A stretch of 32,588 bases of DNA, from contig JAUCBJ010007410.1 in NCBI GenBank assembly GCA_032718475.1, forward strand, positions 1-32,588. The letters are read 5' to 3'. The first letter of the stretch is position 1; each line of letters opens with the position of its first letter. The notes beneath the pieces are model-generated. The model had not been told where the DNA came from. It searched no databases and was given only the letters and a program-made list of their open reading frames with translations. Shown piece after piece: positions 23,872 through 32,588 of this stretch. Made by a program: the position numbers and the translations under genes. The stretch is from Nemertoderma westbladi (lineage: Eukaryota > Animalia > Xenacoelomorpha).

Positions 23872-24168
23872 GATAGCCTGAGAGAACAGCAGTAGAGAAA
23901 CCGGTAGCATGGAACCTAACGGTAAATTTCTGGAGCACTGGAGGACATAAAAAGTAAACAAAAGGACATCATGAGTGATTTAAACGGACAATAAAAATTA
24001 CTGCTTTTTTGAAACACCCCTTACAGCCTTATAGGGTGTAGGCCTAGTCAGCTAGTGTAATTGGGTTTGGGTGTTTACTATTACAGTATTAGGCAGACCC
24101 AAAACCCATTACTGCAGTACAGCAGTAGGCTACTGCATCTCGCTGATTCAGTGATTCGAATATGCCTA

Positions 24169-25357
24169 GGGTAAATCTTTTCGACCTACGCGTAGGCCTA
24201 CGCGTAGCTACGCGTAGCTACGCGTAGCTACGCGTAGTTCGCAACATTGGGTCATATATCACCAGTTTCAGAGTTTTAACAATAACTACGCGTAGGTGCT
24301 ACGCGTAGCTACGCGTAGGTGCTACGCGTAGCTACGCGTAGGTCCTACGCGACCTACGCATAGGTGCTACCCATAACTATGCCTATACGTCAGTACGTCG
24401 TTTATCATTAGTAGGCTTACGTATTCCAAGCGAGTCAGTACTAAAATAAGACACAATACGGTATGTTCAATAAACAACCCACAACCATCAAATGCTTTCA
24501 ACAGTAATGTATCCTATACCTGTATACTCTATATAGAGGAATACGCGAAAACTACATATTCTTCACTTCATGCGTTGCGGGCGGTAAAATGTGTTAATAA
24601 TTAATGTTTAGAGTTCAAAAATAGTTTACAAAGGAAATAGGCCGATGGTTCTTATCGATTCTCTATGCTTTTTATTGCCTTTGTTCACGATAGGGCAAGG
24701 ATATTCTGTATTTAATATGTTAACCCCTTGACAAGGGAAGGGGGAGACTAAATTGTCTACCATGATTGGTTGCACTTGTCATTTGACCAAACAATTTGAT
24801 TATATGCAGTATTTATCAGCTTTCGCTTAACCTCTTCACCGGTAGACTGGTCGCTTTATTTACTACTGTTCAATATTTAAATAATCCAATGGAAATAAAG
24901 ATACTTGAATCATGAGACGTGAATTTCAAGTTTATTTTTTATTCATCCTCTGTGTTTGTATGTGAAAGAGCCGAATATTATTTATTACCAGTGCTGTATG
25001 TAGAGATATGAGTTTCCGATTCTGTTATTACATTTGTCTGATAATCAGATACCTGACATATACCGATACTTGCCTAACAACTCAACCCTACCGGACCTGA
25101 AATGAAAAATCATTGTTATCAGGACTGCTACGCGTAGCACCTACGCGTAGCTACGCGTAGCACCTACGCGTAGTTTCAAAATACCTACGCGTAGTTCCAA
25201 AATAACTACGCGTAGTTTTTTTAAAACACCTACGCGTAGTTGTTAAAAAGGCAGTAAGTCTGGCCCTACCGGTAAATGACAGGAATGGAAGTTACAAACT
25301 ACGCGTAGCTACGCGTAGCTACGCGTAGGCCTACGCGTAGGTCGAAAAGATTTACCC
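24169..25357. mobile_element. MITE/Foldback-like element with arrays of the palindrome CTACGCGTAG
   Basis: Inverted termini GGGTAAATCTTTTCGACCTACGCGTAGGCCTACGCGTAGC..., with many subterminal TACGCGTA copies at both ends. No TSD is visible. Confidence 0.9.
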
Positions 25358-25459
25358 TCCACAGTTGTCTTTCAGAATGAAATTTATCTTATTTAATCTA
25401 TTTTGTTTCACTTTGTCAATGTACATACTGACATACGTAAATAGATTTTAAAAACTAGA

Positions 25460-25618
25460 ACTGTAACAATCTGTTGAAATGATTAAGATACCTTCCATGT
25501 CCTTCACACAGTATGTGAGATACTGAAACAATCCATTGAAACGTTTAAGAGACCTCCGTGCAGCATGTGGGGCACTGTAACAATCTATTGAAACGTTTAA
25601 GAGACCTTCGTGCAGCAC
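25460..25618. repeat. Three degenerate ~52-62 bp tandem repeats
   Basis: An ACTGTAACAATCTATTGAAACGTTTAAGAGACC-like motif occurs at ~25460, ~25522 and ~25574. Confidence 0.7.
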
Positions 25619-25973
25619 TAATCTAATCTAATTTAACTAATTTAATCTAATCAAGTAAGTGATTGGTCTGTCCTGTCCAGAGTCCATGTTTTCTGTGTCC
25701 AGTCCACCTTTTTGAAACACCCCTTATACAGTTATAGGGGAGTTCAGGAGTTAGTGTAATCTGGTAATTGGGTTTGAGTGTTTACTATTAGCTGATTAGG
25801 CAGACCCAAAACCCATTCTGCCATTACTGCAGTAGGCCTACTGCGTCTCGCTGATTCAGTGATTCGAATAGGCCTATATCCAGATATCAGTATACAGGTA
25901 TATCTGTTTTAAATTTTATTATTTGCTTCTCGAACCGGGACCACCTGAACTCTGAACTGACAACAATCAGACA

Positions 25974-26931
25974 ATGGAACGGTTTCCTTGTGAGTCGGAC
26001 AACGCATTGGTAATTACCAAATCTATGTTCGAGAAAATCTGTTCAGAAAATGACACGTTTGTGCGCAGATTTCTCGAAGAATACTTGGAAGTAAACTCGT
26101 GTTTTCTGGACGATTATGTTGTTAAGAATTGTACGGCTGGTCGCATTACTGAGTGGCTGCAGCGTTTACTCTCCTATCCCTCTAACAACGTCGCCACCAC
26201 CTCGGCTTTGCCCCAATACATAACTCAATCACCGACCACTGTCCCGACTGCCGGGTACCGCGAGACCAGTCTGCCACTGCTGCAGAATCCATTGAGGACA
26301 TCAGCGACGACAAATGGCGGTACTAGTTTCCGCCACAATGACAATCCTGCGACCGGAAATGGTTTCCACCCTAAATTTCGAAACTCAAATCAACACACGC
26401 CACGTACCGAACCCTCATCCATGCACCCTGTGGTGAGGTTACCATATCTCAAACAGGCAGACCTCCCCGGAGATAAAATACAAATGAACCCCAAACTGAG
26501 TCTGATAGGCACCAAATCAAACCCCATTGTATCTGAATCGTCTAATAATACAGCCAGTTCAACTTTATTATCTGATAACCACATATCGTATACCCCCGCA
26601 GTAACCACAACCAACTCAACCAATAATTCTACCCAACCTCTATCAGACTCATCCGATGCTCCGGAAATCATATTCATTGAGAGGGAAGACGAACTGGAAT
26701 ATAAACCCGACGTAGGTGAGGTTGGCGATGTCTTAAATGAATTTTTCTTCGATATAAATAGACCATATGGAATCCATACAGAGACATCGATCACCCACAC
26801 CACCCAGGGTCTCTCCACACTCACCAACTACTTAACCCCCATCTCTACTCAGCCTCTAGGCGACTACGACGTAGACCTTGCCAACACCTACAACCTCCAG
26901 TTCAGACCCAAATCAACAGTTTCCGGTATCG
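25974..26931 (+). CDS. Zinc-finger gene copy 2, exon 1 (unrecognised N-terminal domain plus S/T/P-rich linker)
   Basis: ACAATGG Kozak context, 958 nt open, and donor G|GTGAGT at 26931/26932 (phase 1). Its 3' end is conserved in copy 1. Confidence 0.8.
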
Positions 26932-27373
26932 GTGAGTTACTATACTGCTATATCTTAGATTAAACAACATTTAGTCCGCATAGGAAAACTTACGTACAAA
27001 GGAAACGCCATAGTGGATGGCAATTTTAACTAAAGCTAAAATATTTGCTGAGGTTCTTGGTGAAAATTGTAACGATGACAATAGCAATACCGGTACGCTG
27101 TTTCTTGTCTACTGTAGATTTTACACCTGTTAGGGTTCTTACTGTTCTAAACAACATTCCTGCCAAGAAAAGTAGGACACCTGACAACTTGCCGAGTATT
27201 ATATTTTCTCGTTTATCTATCTGTATCGCTGCTTCTTTATCTGTGCTCTTTAATGTTTCGTTACTAACACACACTTCCATTAACACACACACTCACTGGC
27301 TGTTGTAGTTCCATTATTCACAGAAGGTGAACCCTATGATCCACACAAATGGATCCATCCATCATACAAAGTT

Positions 27374-27895
27374 ATGGAAATGTTTGGGAAAGACACCCTA
27401 GTTTCATACTTCCGTGCCCATAAATTAATTTCCACAGAACAACATGGATTCCTAGAACGTAAATCGACATGCACACTGCTCCTCGAATGTGTCGGCCTCT
27501 GTTACACTACACTCGATAACGACTATACGACACGACTACACTTGATATATTGTGCATTCTAATCTTATGTCAAGGTTTCAGCATACGGCATCGCAGAAGC
27601 TTTGCTAGCGTGGCTTAGTGCTTTTTTCTCAGACAGATCACAACGCATTTTAGTTCGTAACGAATTTTCGCTACCTTCTATTGTTAAATCTGGCACATTC
27701 CAGGGCAGTGTCCTCGGACCGGTCAATTTTATTATTTTCATTAATGACCTTCCTGAGTTGCTTATTACACGAGGTAAAATTAAATTTAAGGTCTTTGCCG
27801 ATGACGTAAATTATACTCTGATTCCGCTAACTGCGACATACTTTTATCTGCGCTTCGCGCTTCAATCCTTGGATCGCTGGGCTGGTGAGTGGTGA
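27374..27895 (+). mobile_element. CR1-like LINE RT fragment, intronic
   Basis: QHGFLERKSTCTLL, LAWLSAFFSDRSQRI, SGTFQGSVLGPVNFIIFINDL and VFADD, with stops and frameshifts. Confidence 0.88.
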
Positions 27896-27904
27896 GTGGC
27901 AAGA

Positions 27905-28999
27905 TTCGAAGTTGAACCAAGGTTTACTTACTGTCTTCCAGCCCTTGTCTACTATTGTGTGTAGAGAGATGTTTGAAGGTAGATTTCTCTAATAGTTGTT
28001 TCTTTGCAACATTCGGAGTTGAACCAAGGTTTACTGTGTTCCAGCTTTTGTCTACTATTGTGTGTTGTAGAGAGATGTTTGCAGGTAGATTTCTCTAATA
28101 GTTGTTTCTTTGCGACATTCGGAGTTGAACCAAGGTTTACTGTGTTCCAGCTTTTGTCTACTATTGTGTGTTGTAGAGAGATGTTTGCAGGTAGATTTCT
28201 CTAATAGTTGTTTCTTTTCGACATTCGGAGTTGAACCAAAGTTTACTGTGTTCCAGTTCTTGTCTACTATTGTGTGTAGAGAGATGTTTGAAGGTAGATT
28301 TCTCGAATAGTTGTTTCTTTGCGACATTCGGAGTTGAACCAAGGTTTACTATGTTCCAGCTCTTGTCTACTATTGTGTGTAGAGAGATGTTTGCTAGTAG
28401 ATTTCTTTAATAATTGTTTGTTTGCGACATTCGGAGTTGAACCAAGGTTTACTGTTTTCCAGCTCTTGTCTACTATTGTGTGTTGTAGAGAGATGTTTGC
28501 TAGTAGATTTCTCTAATAGTTGTTTCTTTGCGACATTCGGAGTTGAACCAAGGTTTACTGTGTTCCAGCTCTTGTCTACTATTGTGTGTAGAGAGATGTT
28601 TGCTAGTAGATTTCTCTAATAGTTGTTTCTTTGCGACATTTGGAGTTGAACCAAGGTTTACTGTGTTCCAGCTCTTGTCTACTATTGTGTGTAGAGAGAT
28701 GTTTCCTAGTAGATTTCTCTAATAGTTTTTTTATTTGTGACATTCGGAGTTGAACCAAGGTTTACTGTGTTCCAGTTCTTGTCTACTATTGTGTGTAGAG
28801 AGATGTTTGAAGGTAGATTTCTCTAATACCGTAGTTGTTTCTCTGCGACATTCGGAGTTGATCCAAAGTTTACTGTGTTCCAGCTCTTGCCTACTATTGT
28901 GTGTAGAGAGATGTTTGCTAGTAGATTTCTCTAATAGTTGTTTCTTTGCGACATTCGGAGTTGAACCAAAGTTTGCTGTCTTCCAGCTCTTGTCTACTG
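27905..28999. repeat. 106/103-bp satellite, ~10 copies, in the intron of copy 2
   Basis: Same unit and orientation as 2406-5950, with visibly more variant units. Confidence 0.97.
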
Positions 29000-29205
29000 T
29001 CTTGACTCTTGGCTATCGACCGAACTATAGAGGAGCCGAACCGGAACCGAAATGAAACCGAACATGGCAATTTTGAATTTTGATTGTGTTGAATTGTCTA
29101 TGATTTTTGTAAGTGTTATTGTTCAATTATTACATTACTTATTATCTTGTTATGATTTGAATCAATATTTTCCATTATTAATCCACTCCATTACTTTCTA
29201 TATAG

Positions 29206-29783
29206 GCGACCAATCACAACCATTCCCTGATGATTCAGACATGCTCACTTCTGACGATGACGTAACACCCAGAAGTATAAATAATTCCTTCGACCAACCT
29301 GGTCCCTCTGGGATTCAACCCCAGGATATTGTGAAAGGAAACTGCTCCAATGAGAAGCCCTTCAGCTGTGATACTTGTGATAAGACGTTCGCATATAACA
29401 GCCACCTAATTAGACACCAAAGGATCCACACAGGCGAGCGTCCATACCAATGCGGTATCTGCAACAAACGTTTCTCTCACCTGTGCAACCTAATCTCGCA
29501 CAAGCGGACGCATTCCGGAGAGCGACCGTTCGTGTGCGACACATGCGGGAAGCGATTTATGCAGAGCGGCATCTTAACGTCCCACAAAAGAATTCACACA
29601 GGAGAGCGTCCGTTCGTGTGCGACACGTGCGGGAAGGGATTTACACAGAGCTGCAGTCTAAACGCTCACAAGAAATTACATACAGGGGAACGACCGTTTG
29701 GCTGCGATATATGCGGGAAATGTTTCTCCCAACGCCATCAGGTATCGAGCCACAAATGTATCCGCAGTGGGGAGACTCGGTAA
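29206..29783 (+). CDS. Zinc-finger gene copy 2, exon 2 (4 C2H2 fingers plus an atypical fifth ending HKC)
   Basis: Acceptor TTTCTATATAG|G at 29205/29206, where G+GC restores Gly in frame. 958+578 = 1536 nt = 511 aa plus stop. TGERP/SGERP linkers are present. Confidence 0.93.
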
Positions 29784-31363
29784 CTGTAATGTTTGTAAGA
29801 AACGTTTATCTACTTCCGGTGATATTGTTGGACACAGATAAACTAAAATTCTGTATGTAGTTAGTTGTAGATTATGTTGATTAAATTTAAAAACAGTTAG
29901 ATTATCAGAAGAAATTTAAAGAACCAAATATTTACATTAACGACATTATAACATTATATTATCGCGAAGTGTGAAGTGGATGTGGGGAAAGTTGGATATA
30001 TGTAAACCAAATTGATTCAGCTGTTATTACCAAATAAATTCTACTCACCCACTAAGAAGGGGGTAGGGGGGGGGGGGGGGGGGGGGGAGGGGTAAAACTG
30101 TCTCTGTTACACATTTTTTGCAATTTTGTTATTATTAAAAAATATTTATAAGACGCCGTATACACGATGTTCTAGACTTACAGTAAAAAAATAATAACTT
30201 GAATATAAAATCACTTGAAAATGAAAACGTAATATTTGTAAAGTCTTTATTGGTTCAACCAAATTTAATATATTTGGTATCTGGTGAAGCTCTTTATCAG
30301 TTTTATCTCATAGTTACTTGACATTCTATGATCGATATAAGTTGATGGCAATGAAACCATCAAATTCCCTTGTGCCTTTAGTACAGTTGACAGACACTAT
30401 ACTGTACTACTAATACGACTATTTTTCAATTTACGCTGTCAGTCTGACTTTGTACGGTCCGATCAACTCCAATTTCAACAACCGGTAGGGTCTAGCTACT
30501 GTATGTGGATGTACATCAGCACTAGGCATACAGTACATGGCTTTTTGCCTTTACATGATTTTACACAAATGGATGCCCTTTTACATCCGAAAAATAATGT
30601 CTATGTTTTTGTACAAAAATCACATCAGCCTTTAATAATATGAAAATGGGAGACATTGTCAGGAATCCGCATGCATAAATGCCCTTTTGCCTTTTTACCG
30701 ACGATTTGGCTGCAAGGCATAGAACAACCTGAACATGCGACGAGTGAATAGACTTTGCAATTGCATTAAGGTAAACCCTAAGCAAACGTGAATACACTTT
30801 GAATTTTAATTTGGGTTTGGGCCGCCACTCGAGTGAGATCAACTGGAGCTACTGTAGGATCTGCTGAAGCCGAGTTAAGGACTAACGTATTTCAGGGCCT
30901 CCAACTGCATTAAACCTACAGTACTGCAGTAACAGTACAGTGTGGCTGTCTGTTTATTGTTTTGGTTTGCAAAGCCCGCCTCTGTAACCTGCACCTTTCC
31001 CTCAATTGGTAAAGAGGCCGTTTATTTGTTTTGGGTAGAATAGCCTGCCTCTGTAACCTGCTCCTTTCCCTCAATTGGTTTATGGCGTGGGTTACTTATT
31101 TATGAAAAAAATGTTTATGAAAAAATTTTTTTTAAAGTGTTTCATAAAATAAGCGGTAGGGCCTACATATAAAAGTGTTTCACAAAATAAGCGGTAGGGC
31201 CTTAAACGTTTTTCATACAATGGTCCCCAAAGGAGGCCCCCAAACACGTTAATCCCGCCGATTACTGTATAATTAGTCAAAAACAAATAATTGTAATAAA
31301 TAAATAGAAGTATAGGCCTACCATACACCGGCTATGATATATATTATTAAGGGGGGGGGGGGG

Positions 31364-32214
31364 GGATAGTTATAAAACCCGAAAAAAAACGAAAAAGACG
31401 AAATTATTAACGAAAATTAATATCGAAATTATAAAACTATAGATAAAATCTCGCTTTCCAGTGAGATAGGTATTATTAGAAGACACACTTTACATTATTT
31501 ACTTTACATTATTTAATTAAGAAAATCGATAATTTCGCCCCATTTTCGACCCTAAAAGTAATTTAATACCAAAATACTGGCTCTGTTGATTGGTTGTTAG
31601 GGGTGATCCAATGATTGCAAAACACCACAAGATGGCGCTCAAATTAGGACTGTAGTCAGAATGTGGGCCTACTGCAGTTATTGCATTACGACTGCTGGAC
31701 TGCAATTCTGTCGTTACAGTACGTTCACATGTTCACATCCGCCGCACCACTTGCCTGACAGTCACTGTACAGTGCACACCAAGGCTAGGTAGCGTTAAGG
31801 TACCGTATGCCGTAATGCAAAAATTTATATGGGAATTACATTGTTGCAGTGTTGGGTTAGGGTACCGGACCACTTCTTTCATCTTTGCCGCTTCCGGCTG
31901 TACCGTACCATGCTTGTACAGTAACACACAAGTAGGCCCGCTGTACTGATCTGCTGATGCTGAGTTGATTCATCCAAGCCGCCATTATTGGTCAACGCCC
32001 AACAACCAACCAACAGACAGTATTTGGTATTAAATTACTTTTAAGGTCGAAAATGGGACGAAATTATCCGATTTAATTAATTAAAAAATGTAAAGTGTGT
32101 ATTCTAATAATATCGATCTTATTAGAAAGCGAGGTTTTGTAGATTGTTTGATAATTTTGATATTTTCGCTGATAAATTCGTCTTTTTCGTTATTTTCGGG
32201 TTTTATAACTATCC
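31364..32214. mobile_element. 851 bp long-TIR MITE inserted in a poly-G tract
   Basis: Termini GGATAGTTATAAAACCCGAAAA ... TTTTCGGGTTTTATAACTATCC, with imperfect inverted arms of about 240 bp. The paralogous site 13022-13048 is an uninterrupted G run. Confidence 0.92.
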
Positions 32215-32588
32215 GGGGGGGAGGGGGGTCACGTCCTTGGCACGGTAGGAATAGTTGGGGTATCACAGTAACCTGGTTACCGGGATATTCAGCCATGACC
32301 TGGATAATTTTGATAAAAATGGTAAGACGGTTGGGATTGCATTGCAAATAACTACAATAAAATTGGACAAATTCAATGCTTTTGATTTGGTTTCCCGTGT
32401 CACAGAACATGGAGAAACATACAAATGCTTTATCAGTCATTTATTTAAATGCTTAGAAATAAACATACTGTATAAAAACGTGCCTGGCGTTTATATGTTT
32501 GTTCTATGTTCCTTTTATGTGTTATTTATAAAATGTCGTATGTTTTCCACGTTCACTTAGTAGATTTTTTGCAAGTAACCTTTAAATA

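Larger units (their letters stand above)
13210..24005. mobile_element. Outer TIR element (Mutator-like, non-autonomous), expanded to ~10.8 kb by nested insertions
   Basis: Left end GGCAGTGATTTTTTATGTCC matches the reverse complement of the right end, AGCAGTAATTTTTATTGTCC. The 9-bp TSD is TTGTTGAAA (13201-13209) / TTTTTGAAA (24006-24014). The flanks join to reproduce the uninterrupted 25642-25876 sequence. Confidence 0.75.

Noticed and set aside
29052-29205. N-terminal extension of the 243-aa ZF ORF
   Set aside because: It is intron sequence upstream of a conserved acceptor and is not open in copy 1.
1-32588. The two ZF copies as an uncollapsed haplotype artefact
   Set aside because: Finger sequences, synonymous sites and TE content differ too much for ordinary alleles, although long-read confirmation is still advisable.

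Overview
AT-rich eukaryotic (probably invertebrate animal) genomic DNA with no prokaryotic features. The backbone is a tandem duplication of a two-exon C2H2 zinc-finger gene. Copy 2 looks intact (join 25974-26931 + 29206-29783, phase-1 intron, 511 aa). Copy 1 keeps only the last ~115 bp of exon 1 in this window and has a frameshift in its fifth finger. Both copies carry the same 103-106 bp tandem satellite just before the finger exon. The rest is densely packed with transposable elements. These include a Foldback-type element whose inverted arms are 12-bp tandem arrays (9-bp TSD) and several other GG-terminal long-TIR elements. A ~10.8 kb nested stack holds a TIR element containing (a) a second TIR element that carries a LINE and (b) a Mag-type Gypsy that carries an RTE and a SINE-like insert. 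A CR1-like fragment and many 5-bp TA-CNG-TA insertions resembling Tc1/mariner excision footprints are also present. Most long ORFs in the ORF track are artefacts of tandem repeats. All alignments were done by eye and no database searches were run.
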